Part shown: positions 28,354 to 42,617 of the stretch, one piece after another
Layout: every line of letters begins with the position of its first letter
Position numbering within the stretch: the first letter of the stretch is position 1
NCBI RefSeq assembly: GCF_009914755.1
Contig: NC_060948.1
DNA length: 64,000 nucleotides
Reading direction: 5' to 3' (one strand)
DNA from: the human T2T-CHM13v2.0 reference genome, Homo sapiens
Program-made: the position numbers and the translations under genes
The notes under the pieces: model-generated
What the model was told of the DNA's origin: nothing
What the model saw: only the letters and a program-made list of their open reading frames with translations
Database searches by the model: none

Positions 28354-31300
28354 GAATGGAATTGATAGGAACGGAATGGAAAGGAATGAAATGATTTGGC
28401 ATGGAATGGAATCGAATGGCATCGAATGGAATGGAATGGAATGCAATGCAATGGAATGTATTAGAATGTAATGAACTTTAATGGAATGTACTCGAATGGA
28501 TTCGACTGGAATGGAATGTTCTGGAAGTGAATGGACTCCAATGGAATGGATTGAAAAGGAATGGAATCGTACGGAATGGAATCTAATGGAATGGAATTAA
28601 ATGGAAATGAATGAAATTGAATAGCACGGAATTGAATTGAATGGAATCGAATGCAATGGAATCTAATGAAACGGAAAGGAAAGGAATGGAATGGAATGGA
28701 ATGGGCTGGAATGGAAAGGAATCGAAACGAATGGAATGGAATCGAACTGAGGAGACTGGAATGGAATGCACTTCAACGGAAGGGAGTGTAATGGAAGGTT
28801 CTCGAAAAAAATGGAAACGAATGGAATGGAATTGAATGGAACGGAATAGAGTCGAATGGAATTGAATGGAATGGAATGGACTAGAGTGAAATGGAATCGA
28901 ACCACAAGGAATGGACAGGAATAGAATGGTCTCGAATTGAATGGAATCGTATGGAATGGCATCAAACGGAATGGAATGGACAGCCACGGAATGGAATGCA
29001 CTCGAATGCAATGGAGTCGAAACTAATGGACTGGAATAGAATGGACTCGACTGGTACGGACTCCAATGGAATGGAATCGAATGGAAGGGAATCGAACGGA
29101 ATGGACTCGAAGGGAAAAGACTGCAATGGAAAGGTCTCGAATGGAATGGAAATTAATGGAATGGAATGGAATCGAATGAAATGGAGTCAAAAGGAATGGA
29201 ATTGAATGGCAAGAAATCGAATGTAATGGAATCACAAGGAATTGATGTGAACGGAACGGAATGGAATGGAATCCAAAGGAATGGAATAGAATGGAATGGA
29301 ATCGAATGGAAAGGACTCGAATGGAAATCACTCGAATAGAATGCAATTTAATAAAATAGGATGAAATGTAATGGAATGGAATGGAAAGGAATCGAAACGA
29401 AAGGAATGGAGACAGATGGAATGGAATGGAACAGAGAGCAATGGTATAGAATGGAATGGAATCATCTGGAATGGAATTGAATGGAATGGAATAATATGAA
29501 ATGGAATGGAATGGAATGGAATGCCCTTGAATTAAATGGACTGGAATGGAATGGACTCGAACAGAGTGGAATGGAAAGTGTTGAGATAGAATGGAATGGA
29601 CTCCTTTGGAATGGTCTAGTATGCAATGCAATGGACTGGCAGGGAATCAAAAGGAATGTAATCGAATGGATTGGACTGGAATGCAATGGACTCGAATAGA
29701 TTGGAAACGGAATGCAAAGGAATGGAATGGAATAGTATGGAATGGAATGGAAAGGAATGGAGTGGAATAGACTAGAGTGGAATGGAATGGACTCGAAAGC
29801 AATGGACTGGAATGGAACTTTCTTGAATGGACTGGAATCAAACGGAATGGAATGAAATGCAATCAAATGGCATGGAATAAAATAGAATGAAAGAGAATCA
29901 AATGGAATTGAATCGAATGGAATCGAATGGATTGGAAAGGAATAGAATGGAATGGAATGGAATTGACTCAAATGGAATGGACTAGAATGGAATGGATTCG
30001 AATGGAAGGCAAAGGAATGGAATCTATCGGAATGGACAGCAATGGAATGGAAAGGAAGGGATTGGAATGGACTTGAATGGAATGGACTGCAATAGAAAGG
30101 ATTCGAATGGAATGAAAAAGAATTGAATGGAATAGAACAGAATGGAATCAAATCGAATGAAATGGAATGGAATAGAAAGGAATGGAATGAAATGGAATGG
30201 AAAGGATTCGAATGGAATGCAATCGAATGGAATGGAATCGAACGGAATGGAATAAAATGGAAGAAAACTGGCAAGAAATGGAATCGAAATGAATGGAGTG
30301 TTATGGAACGGACTCAAAAGGAATTGAATGTAATAGAATGGAGTGGAGTGGACTCGAATATAATGGACTGGAATGGAATGAAATCACATGGAATGGGAAC
30401 GAATGGAATGGAATGGAAAGGAATGGAATCGAATGGAAAGGAATCGAATGGAAGGGAATGAAATTGAATCAACAGGAATGGAAGGGAATAGAATAGACGG
30501 TAATGGAATGGACTCGAATAGAATGGACACGAATGCTCAAATTGAATGGACTCGAATGGAATGGAAACGAAAGGAATGTCATCGAATGGAATTGAATCGA
30601 TTGGAATGAAATCGCATAGAATGGAGTGGAATCAAATGGAATTGAATCGAAAGGAAAGGAAGCGAATGGACTGAAATGAAATGGAATGGAATTGAATGGA
30701 AAGTAAAGCAATGGAATAGAATGGAACGAAATTTCACGGAATGGTATCAAACTGAATGGAATCAAATCAATGGAATATAATCAAATGGAATGGAAAGGAA
30801 TTGAATGGAGTAGATGGGATTGGATGGGATTGGAATGAAATGTACTGGAAAGGACTCGAATTTCATGAAACGGAATGGAATGAATTGGAACGGAATGGAC
30901 TCGAATGGAATGGAATGTCATGGAATGGCATCAAATGGAATGGCATCAAATGGAATGGAATCGAATGCAATGGAATGCTATGGAATGGAATGGAATGCAT
31001 TGGAATGGAATGTCCTCTAATGGAATGGATTCGAGTGGAATGGAATCGAATATAATGGAGTCGAATGAAATGGAATTGAAAGGAATGGGATCGAATACAA
31101 TGGAATATACTGGAATGTAACGTAATGAACTCGAATGTAATTGACTGGAATGGAATGTACATGAATGGAATGTAATCGAATGGAAAGTAATCCAATGGAA
31201 TAGAATCTAATGCAATAAAATCGACTCAGATAGAGTAGAATGTAATGGAATGGAGTGCAGTGCAATGGAATGGAATGGAATGGAATGCAATGGAATGGAA

Positions 31301-31927
31301 TGGAATGGGATGGAATGGTATGGAATGGAATGGAATGGAATGGAATGGGATGGAATGGTATGGAATGGATAGTAATGGACTGGAATGAAGTGGACAGGAA
31401 AGGAATGGACTCAAATTGAAAGGGCTCGAAAGGAATGGAGTCAAATGGAATGGTCTGGAATGGAATGAACACGAATGTAATGCAATCCAATAGAATGGAA
31501 TCGAATGGCATGGAATATAAAGAAATGGAATCGAAGAGAATGGAAACAAACGGAATGGAATTGAATGGAATGGAATTGAATGGAATGGGAACGAATGGAT
31601 TGAAATTGTATGCAGTAGAAGAGAATAGAATGGAATGCAAGCGAAAGGAAAGGAATGGATTGGAATGGAATGGAATTCATTGGAATGGAAGGGAATGTAG
31701 TGTAATGGACAGGCCTGGAATAAAGTGGAATGCTACGGTCTCGAATGGAATAAAAATGTATGGAATGGAATGCAATGAAACGGAATCGAATGTCATAGAA
31801 TGTAATGGAATGCAAAAAAATGGACTCCGAAATCATTGACTGGAAAGGCTGGGTGTCGAAAGGAATTGACTCCAATGGAATGGAATCGAATGGAATGGAA
31901 GTGAATAGAATCGAACTAAATCGAATG
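28354..31927 (+). repeat. DYZ1 unit U9 (3,574 bp, B type)
   Basis: ORF anchors 28583 to 32157. Confidence 0.92.
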
Positions 31928-34900
31928 GAATGGAATTGATAGGAACGGAATGGAAAGGAATGAAATGATTTGGCATGGAATGGAATCGAATGGCATCGAA
32001 TGGAATGGAATGGAATGCAATGCAATGGAATGTATTAGAATGTAATGAACTTTAATGGAATGTACTCGAATGGATTCGACTGGAATGGAATGTTCTGGAA
32101 GTGAATGGACTCCAATGGAATGGATTGAAAAGGAATGGAATCGTACGGAATGGAATCTAATGGAATGGAATTAAATGGAAATGAATGAAATTGAATAGCA
32201 CGGAATTGAATTGAATGGAATCGAATGCAATGGAATCTAATGAAACGGAAAGGAAAGGAATGGAATGGAATGGAATGGGCTGGAATGGAAAGGAATCGAA
32301 ACGAATGGAATGGAATCGAACTGAGGAGACTGGAATGGAATGCACTTCAACGGAAGGGAGTGTAATGGAAGGTTCTCGAAAAAAATGGAAACGAATGGAA
32401 TGGAATTGAATGGAACGGAATAGAGTCGAATGGAATTGAATGGAATGGAATGGACTAGAGTGAAATGGAATCGAACCACAAGGAATGGACAGGAATAGAA
32501 TGGTCTCGAATTGAATGGAATCGTATGGAATGGCATCAAACGGAATGGAATGGACAGCCACGGAATGGAATGCACTCGAATGCAATGGAGTCGAAACTAA
32601 TGGACTGGAAAAAATGGACTCGACTGGTACGGACTCCAATGGAATGGAATCGAATGGAAGGGAATCGAACGGAATGGACTCGAAGGGAAAAGACTGCAAT
32701 GGAAAGGTCTCGAATGGAATGGAAATTAATGGAATGGAATGGAATCGAATGAAATGGAGTCAAAAGGAATGGAATTGAAGGGCAAGAAATCGAATGTAAT
32801 GGAATCACAAGGAATTGATGTGAACGGAACGGAATGGAATGGAATCCAAAGGAATGGAATAGAATGGAATGGAATCGAATGGAAAGGACTCGAATGGAAA
32901 TCACTCGAATAGAATGCAATTTAATAAAATAGGATGAAATGTAATGGAATGGAATGGAAAGGAATCGAAACGAAAGGAATGGAGACAGATGGAATGGAAT
33001 GGAACAGAGAGCAATGGTATAGAATGGAATGGAATCATCTGGAATGGAATTGAATGGAATGGAATAATATGAAATGGAATGGAATGGAATGGAATGCCCT
33101 TGAATTAAATGGACTGGAATGGAATGGACTCGAACAGAGTGGAATGGAAAGTGTTGAGATAGAATGGAATGGACTCCTTTGGAATGGTCTAGTATGCAAT
33201 GCAATGGACTGGCAGGGAATCAAAAGGAATGTAATCGAATGGATTGGACTGGAATGCAATGGACTCGAATAGATTGGAAACGGAATGCAAAGGAATGGAA
33301 TGGAATAGTATGGAATGGAATGGAAAGGAATGGAGTGGAATAGACTAGAGTGGAATGGAATGGACTCGAAAGCAATGGACTGGAATGGAACTTTCTTGAA
33401 TGGACTGGAATCAAACGGAATGGAATGCAATGCAATCAAATGGCATGGAATAAAATAGAATGAAAGAGAATCAAATGGAATTGAATCGAATGGAATCGAA
33501 TGGATTGGAAAGGAATAGAATGGAATGGAATGGAATTGACTCAAATGGAATGGACTAGAATGGAATGGATTCGAATGGAAGGCAAAGGAATGGAATCTAT
33601 TGGAATGGACAGCAATGGAATGGAAAGGAAGGGATTGGAATGGACTCGAATGGAATGGACTGCAATAGAAAGGATTCGAATGGAATGAAAAAGAATTGAA
33701 TGGAATAGAACAGAATGGAATCAAATCGAATGAAATGGAATGGAATAGAAAGGAATGGAATGAAATGGAATGGAAAGGATTCGAATGGAATGCAATCGAA
33801 TGGAATGGAATCGAACGGAATGGAATAAAATGGAAGAAAACTGGCAAGAAATGGAATCGAAATGAATGGAGTGTTATGGAACGGACTCAAAAGGAATTGA
33901 ATGTAATAGAATGGAGTGGAGTGGACTCGAATATAATGGACTGGAATGGAATGAAATCACATGGAATGGGAACGAATGGAATGGAATGGAAAGGAATGGA
34001 ATCGAATGGAAAGGAATCGAATGGAAGGGAATGAAATTGAATCAACAGGAATGGAAGGGAATAGAATAGACGGTAATGGAATGGACTCGAATAGAATGGA
34101 CACGAATGCTCAAATTGAATGGACTCGAATGGAATGGAAACGAAAGGAATGTCATCGAATGGAATTGAATCGATTGGAATGAAATCGCATAGAATGGAGT
34201 GGAATCAAATGGAATTGAATCGAAAGGAAAGGAAGCGAATGGACTGAAATGAAATGGAATGGAATTGAATGGAAAGTAAAGCAATGGAATAGAATGGAAC
34301 GAAATTTCACGGAATGGTATCAAACTGAATGGAATCAAATCAATGGAATATAATCAAATGGAATGGAAAGGAATTGAATGGAGTAGATGGGATTGGATGG
34401 GATTGGAATGAAATGTACTGGAAAGGACTCGAATATCATGAAACGGAATGGAATGAATTGGAACGGAATGGACTCGAATGGAATGGAATGTCATGGAATG
34501 GCATCAAATGGAATGGCATCAAATGGAATGGAATCGAATGCAATGGAATGCTATGGAATGGAATGGAATGCATTGGAATGGAATGTCCTCTAATGGAATG
34601 GATTCGAGTGGAATGGAATCGAATATAATGGAGTCGAATGAAATGGAATTGAAAGGAATGGGATCGAATACAATGGAATATACTGGAATGTAACGTAATG
34701 AACTCGAATGTAATTGACTGGAATGGAATGTACATGAATGGAATGTAATCGAATGGAAAGTAATCCAATGGAATAGAATCTAATGCAATAAAATCGACTC
34801 AGATAGAGTAGAATGTAATGGAATGGAGTGCAGTGCAATGGAATGGAATGGAATGGAATGCAATGGAATGGAATGGAATGGGATGGAATGGTATGGAATG

Positions 34901-35500
34901 GAATGGAATGGAATGGAATGGGATGGAATGGTATGGAATGGATAGTAATGGACTGGAATGAAGTGGACAGGAAAGGAATGGACTCAAATTGAAAGGGCTC
35001 GAAAGGAATGGAGTCAAATGGAATGGTCTGGAATGGAATGAACACGAATGTAATGCAATCCAATAGAATGGAATCGAATGGCATGGAATATAAAGAAATG
35101 GAATCGAAGAGAATGGAAACAAACGGAATGGAATTGAATGGAATGGAATTGAATGGAATGGGAACGAATGGATTGAAATTGTATGCAGTAGAAGAGAATA
35201 GAATGGAATGCAAGCGAAAGGAAAGGAATGGATTGGAATGGAATGGAATTCATTGGAATGGAAGGGAATGTAGTGTAATGGACAGGCCTGGAATAAAGTG
35301 GAATGCTACGGTCTCGAATGGAATAAAAATGTATGGAATGGAATGCAGTGAAACGGAATCGAATGTCATAGAATGTAATGGAATGCAAAAAAATGGACTC
35401 CGAAATCATTGACTGGAAAGGCTGGGTGTCGAAAGGAATTGACTCCAATGGAATGGAATCGAATGGAATGGAAGTGAATAGAATCGAACTAAATCGAATG
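31928..35500 (+). repeat. DYZ1 unit U10 (3,573 bp, B type, net 1-bp deletion at ~32611)
   Basis: ORF anchors 32157 to 35730; GGAAAAAATGG replaces GGAATAGAATGG. Confidence 0.92.
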
Positions 35501-38500
35501 GAATGGAATTGATAGGAACGGAATGGAAAGGAATGAAATGATTTGGCATGGAATGGAATCGAATGGCATCGAATGGAATGGAATGGAATGCAATGCAATG
35601 GAATGTATTAGAATGTAATGAACTTTAATGGAATGTACTCGAATGGATTCGACTGGAATGGAATGTTCTGGAAGTGAATGGACTCCAATGGAATGGATTG
35701 AAAAGGAATGGAATCGTACGGAATGGAATCTAATGGAATGGAATTAAATGGAAATGAATGAAATTGAATAGCACGGAATTGAATTGAATGGAATCGAATG
35801 CAATGGAATCTAATGAAACGGAAAGGAAAGGAATGGAATGGAATGGAATGGGCTGGAATGGAAAGGAATCGAAACGAATGGAATGGAATCGAACTGAGGA
35901 GACTGGAATGGAATGCACTTCAACGGAAGGGAGTGTAATGGAAGGTTCTCGAAAAAAATGGAAACGAATGGAATGGAATTGAATGGAACGGAATAGAGTC
36001 GAATGGAATTGAATGGAATGGAATGGACTAGAGTGAAATGGAATCGAACCACAAGGAATGGACAGGAATAGAATGGTCTCGAATTGAATGGAATCGTATG
36101 GAATGGCATCAAACGGAATGGAATGGACAGCCACGGAATGGAATGCACTCGAATGCAATGGAGTCGAAACTAATGGACTGGAAAAAATGGACTCGACTGG
36201 TACGGACTCCAATGGAATGGAATCGAATGGAAGGGAATCGAACGGAATGGACTCGAAGGGAAAAGACTGCAATGGAAAGGTCTCGAATGGAATGGAAATT
36301 AATGGAATGGAATGGAATCGAATGAAATGGAGTCAAAAGGAATGGAATTGAAGGGCAAGAAATCGAATGTAATGGAATCACAAGGAATTGATGTGAACGG
36401 AACGGAATGGAATGGAATCCAAAGGAATGGAATAGAATGGAATGGAATCGAATGGAAAGGACTCGAATGGAAATCACTCGAATAGAATGCAATTTAATAA
36501 AATAGGATGAAATGTAATGGAATGGAATGGAAAGGAATCGAAACGAAAGGAATGGAGACAGATGGAATGGAATGGAACAGAGAGCAATGGTATAGAATGG
36601 AATGGAATCATCTGGAATGGAATTGAATGGAATGGAATAATATGAAATGGAATGGAATGGAATGGAATGCCCTTGAATTAAATGGACTGGAATGGAATGG
36701 ACTCGAACAGAGTGGAATGGAAAGTGTTGAGATAGAATGGAATGGACTCCTTTGGAATGGTCTAGTATGCAATGCAATGGACTGGCAGGGAATCAAAAGG
36801 AATGTAATCGAATGGATTGGACTGGAATGCAATGGACTCGAATAGATTGGAAACGGAATGCAAAGGAATGGAATGGAATAGTATGGAATGGAATGGAAAG
36901 GAATGGAGTGGAATAGACTAGAGTGGAATGGAATGGACTCGAAAGCAATGGACTGGAATGGAACTTTCTTGAATGGACTGGAATCAAACGGAATGGAATG
37001 CAATGCAATCAAATGGCATGGAATAAAATAGAATGAAAGAGAATCAAATGGAATTGAATCGAATGCAATCGAATGGATTGGAAAGGAATAGAATGGAATG
37101 GAATGGAATTGACTCAAATGGAATGGACTAGAATGGAATGGATTCGAATGGAAGGCAAAGGAATGGAATCTATTGGAATGGACAGCAATGGAATGGAAAG
37201 GAAGGGATTGGAATGGACTCGAATGGAATGGACTGCAATAGAAAGGATTCGAATGGAATGAAAAAGAATTGAATGGAATAGAACAGAATGGAATCAAATC
37301 GAATGAAATGGAATGGAATAGAAAGGAATGGAATGAAATGGAATGGAAAGGATTCGAATGGAATGCAATCGAATGGAATGGAATCGAACGGAATGGAATA
37401 AAATGGAAGAAAACTGGCAAGAAATGGAATCGAAATGAATGGAGTGTTATGGAACGGACTCAAAAGGAATTGAATGTAATAGAATGGAGTGGAGTGGACT
37501 CGAATATAATGGACTGGAATGGAATGAAATCACATGGAATGGGAACGAATGGAATGGAATGGAAAGGAATGGAATCGAATGGAAAGGAATCGAATGGAAG
37601 GGAATGAAATTGAATCAACAGGAATGGAAGGGAATAGAATAGACGGTAATGGAATGGACTCGAATAGAATGGACACGAATGCTCAAATTGAATGGACTCG
37701 AATGGAATGGAAACGAAAGGAATGTCATCGAATGGAATTGAATCGATTGGAATGAAATCGCATAGAATGGAGTGGAATCAAATGGAATTGAATCGAAAGG
37801 AAAGGAAGCGAATGGACTGAAATGAAATGGAATGGAATTGAATGGAAAGTAAAGCAATGGAATAGAATGGAACGAAATTTCACGGAATGGTATCAAACTG
37901 AATGGAATCAAATCAATGGAATATAATCAAATGGAATGGAAAGGAATTGAATGGAGTAGATGGGATTGGATGGGATTGGAATGAAATGTACTGGAAAGGA
38001 CTCGAATATCATGAAACGGAATGGAATGAATTGGAACGGAATGGACTCGAATGGAATGGAATGTCATGGAATGGCATCAAATGGAATGGCATCAAATGGA
38101 ATGGAATCGAATGCAATGGAATGCTATGGAATGGAATGGAATGCATTGGAATGGAATGTCCTCTAATGGAATGGATTCGAGTGGAATGGAATCGAATATA
38201 ATGGAGTCGAATGAAATGGAATTGAAAGGAATGGGATCGAATACAATGGAATATACTGGAATGTAACGCAATGAACTCGAATGTAATTGACTGGAATTGA
38301 ATGTACATGAATGGAATGTAATCGAATGGAAAGTAATCCAATGGAATAGAATCTAATGCAATAAAATCGACTCAGATAGAGTAGAATGTAATGGAATGGA
38401 GTGCAGTGCAATGGAATGGAATGGAATGGAATGCAATGGAATGGAATGGAATGGGATGGAATGGTATGGAATGGAATGGAATGGAATGGAATGGGATGGA

Positions 38501-39073
38501 ATGGTATGGAATGGATAGTAATGGACTGGAATGAAGTGGACAGGAAAGGAATGGACTCAAATTGAAAGGGCTCGAAAGGAATGGAGTCAAATGGAATGGT
38601 CTGGAATGGAATGAACACGAATGTAATGCAATCCAATAGAATGGAATCGAATGGCATGGAATATAAAGAAATGGAATCGAAGAGAATGGAAACAAACGGA
38701 ATGGAATTGAATGGAATGGAATTGAATGGAATGGGAACGAATGGAGTAAAATTGTATGCAGTAGAAGAGAATAGAATGGAATGCAAGCGAAAGGAAAGGA
38801 ATGGATTGGAATGGAATGGAATTCATTGGAATGGAAGGGAATGTAGTGTAATGGACAGGCCTGGAATAAAGTGGAATGCTACGGTCTCGAATGGAATAAA
38901 AATGTATGGAATGGAATGCAATGAAACGGAATCGAATGTCATAGAATGTAATGGAATGCAAAAAAATGGACTCCGAAATCATTGACTGGAAAGGCTGGGT
39001 GTCGAAAGGAATTGACTCCAATGGAATGGAATCGAATGGAATGGAAGTGAATAGAATCGAACTAAATCGAATG
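35501..39073 (+). repeat. DYZ1 unit U11 (3,573 bp, B type, same deletion at ~36184)
   Basis: ORF anchors 35730 to 39303. Confidence 0.92.
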
Positions 39074-42000
39074 GAATGGAATTGATAGGAACGGAATGGA
39101 AAGGAATGAAATGATTTGGCATGGAATGGAATCGAATGGCATCGAATGGAATGGAATGGAATGCAATGCAATGGAATGTATTAGAATGTAATGAACTTTA
39201 ATGGAATGTACTCGAATGGATTCGACTGGAATGGAATGTTCTGGAAGTGAATGGACTCCAATGGAATGGATTGAAAAGGAATGGAATCGTACGGAATGGA
39301 ATCTAATGGAATGGAATTAAATGGAAATGAATCAAATTGAATAGCACGGAATTGAATTGAATGGAATCGAATGCAATGGAATCTAATGAAACGGAAAGGA
39401 AAGGAATGGAATGGAATGGAATGGGCTGGAATGGAAAGGAATCGAAACGAATGGAATGGAATCGAACTGAAGAGACTGGAATGGAATGCACTGGAATGGA
39501 AGGGAGTGTAATGGAAGGTTCTCGAAAAAAATGGAATCGAATGGAATGGAATTGAATGGAACGGAATAGAGTCGAATGGAATTGAATGGAATGGAATGGA
39601 CTAGAGTGAAATGGAATCGAACCACAAGGAATGGACAGGAATAGAATGGTCTCGAATTGAATGGAATCGTATGGAATGGCATCAAACGGAATGGAATGGA
39701 CAGCCACGGAATGGAATGCACTCGAATGCAATGGAGTCGAAACTAATGGACTGGAATAGAATGGACTCGACTGGTACGGACTCCAATGGAATGGAATCGA
39801 ATGGAAGGGAATCGAACGGAATGGACTCGAAGGGAAAAGACTGCAATGGAAAGGTCTCGAATGGAATGGAAATTAATGGAATGGAATGGAATCGAATGAA
39901 ATGGAGTCAAAAGGAATGGAATCGAATGGCAAGAAATCGAATGTAATGGAATCGCAAGGAATTGATGTGAACGGAACGGAATGGAATGGAATCCAAAGAA
40001 ATGGAATAGAATGGAATGGAATCGAATGGAAAGAACTCGAATGGAAATCACTCGAATAGAATGCAATTTAATAAAATAGGATGAAATGTAATGGAATGGA
40101 ATGGAAAGGAATCGAAACGAAAGGAATGGAGACAGATGGAATGGAATGGAACAGAGAGCAATGGTATAGAATGGAATGGAATCATCTGGAATGGAATTGA
40201 ATGGAATGGAATAATATGAAATGGAATGGAATGGAATGGAATGCCCTTGAATTAAATGGACTGGAATGGAATGGACTCGAACAGAGTGGAATGGAAAGTG
40301 TTGAGATAGAATGGAATGGACTCCTTTGGAATGGTCTAGTATGCAATGCAATGGACTGGCAGGGAATCAAAAGGAATGTAATCGAATGGATTGGACTGGA
40401 ATGCAATGGACTCGAATAGATTGGAAACGGAATGCAAAGGAATGGAATGGAATAGTATGGAATGGAATGGAAAGGAATGGAGTGGAATAGACTAGAGTGG
40501 AATGGAATGGACTCGAAAGCAATGGACTGGAATGGAACTTTCTTGAATGGACTGGAATCAAACGGAATGGAATGCAATGCAATCAAATGGCATGGAATAA
40601 AATAGAATGAAAGAGAATCAAATGGAATTGAATCGAATGGAATCGAATGGATTGGAAAGGAATAGAATGGAATGGAATGGAATTGACTCAAATGGAATGG
40701 ACTAGAATGGAATGGATTCGAATGGAAGGCAAAGGAATGGAATCTATTGGAATGGACTGCAATGGAATGGAATGGAAGGGATTGGAATGGACTCGAATGG
40801 AATAGACTGCAATAGAAAGGATTCGAATGGAATGAAAAAGAATTGAATGGAATAGAACAGAATGGAATCAAATCGAATGAAATGGAATGGAATAGAAAGG
40901 AATGGAATGAAATGGAATGGAAAGGATTCGAATGGAATGCAATCGAATGGAATGGAATCGAACGGAATGGAATAAAATGGAAGCAAACTGGCAAGAAATG
41001 GAATCGAAATGAATGGAGTGTTATGGAACGGACTCCAAAGGAATTGAATGTAATAGAATGGAGTGGAGTGGACTCGAATATAATGGACTGCAATGGAATG
41101 AAATCACATGGAATGGGAACGAATGGAATGGAATGGAAAGGAATGGAATCGAATGGAAAGGAATCGAATGGAAGGGAATGAAATTGAATCAACAGGAATG
41201 GAAGGGAATAGAATAGACGGTAATGGAATGGACTCGAATAGAATGGACACGAATGCTCAAATTGAATGGACTCGAATGGAATGGAAACGAAAGGAATGTC
41301 ATCGAATGGAATTGAATCGATTGGAATAAAATCGCATAGAATAGAGTGGAATCAAATGGAATTGAATCGAAAGGAAAGGAAGCGAATGGACTGAAATGAA
41401 ATGGAATGGAATTGAATGGAAAGTAAAGCAATGGAATAGAATGGAACAAAATTTCACGGAATGGAATCAAACTGAATGGAATCAAATCAATGGAATCTAA
41501 TCAAATGGAATGGAAAGGAATTGAATGGAGTAGATGGGATTGGATGGGATTGGAATGAAATGTACTGGAAAGGACTCGAATTTCATGAAACGGAATGGAA
41601 TGAATTGGAACGGAATGGACTCGAATGGAATGGAATGTCATGGAATGGCATCAAATGGAATGGCATCAAATGGAATGGAATCGAATGCAATGGAATGCTA
41701 TGGAATGGAATGGAATGCATTGGAATGGAATGTCCTCTAATGGAATGGATTCGAGTGGAATGGAATCGAATATAATGGAGTCGAATGAAATGGAATTGAA
41801 AGGAATGGGATCGAATACAATGGAATATACTGGAATGTAATGTAATGAACTCGAATGTAATTGACTGGAATGGAATGTACATGAATGGAATGTAATCGAA
41901 TGGAAAGTAATCCAATGGAATAGAATTTAATGCAATAAAATCGACTCAGATAGAGTAGAATGTAATGGAATGGAGTGCAGTGCAATGGAATGGAATGGAA

Positions 42001-42617
42001 TGGAATGGAATGGAATGGAATGGAATGGAATGGAATGGGATGGAATGGTATGGAATGGATAGTAATGGACTGGAGTGAAATGGACTGGAAAGGAATAGAC
42101 TCAAATTGAAAGGGCTCGAAAGGAATGGAGTCAAATGGAATGGTCTGGAATGGAATGAACACGAATGTAATGCAATCCAATAGAATGGAATCGAATGGCA
42201 TGGAATATAAAGAAATGGAATCGAAGAGAATGGAAACAAACGGAATGGAATTGAATGGAATGGAATTGAATGGAATGGGAACGAATGGAGTGAAATTGTA
42301 TGCAGTAGAAGAGAATAGAATGCAATGCAAGCGAAAGGAAAGGAATGGATTGGAATGGAATGGAATTCATTGGAATGGAAGGGAATGTAGTGTAATGGAC
42401 AGGCCTGGAATAAAGTGGAATGCTACGGTCTCGAATGGAATAAAAATGTATGGAATGGAATGCAATGAAACGGAATCGAATGTCATAGAATGTAATGGAA
42501 TGCAAAAAAATGGACTCCAAAATCATTGACTGGAAAGGCTGGGTGTCGAAAGGAATTGACTCCAATGGAATGGAATCGAATGGAATGGAAGTGAATAGAA
42601 TCGAACTAAATCGAATG
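39074..42617 (+). repeat. DYZ1 unit U12 (3,544 bp, A type, 11-pentamer tract)
   Basis: ORF anchors 39303 to 42847. Confidence 0.92.
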
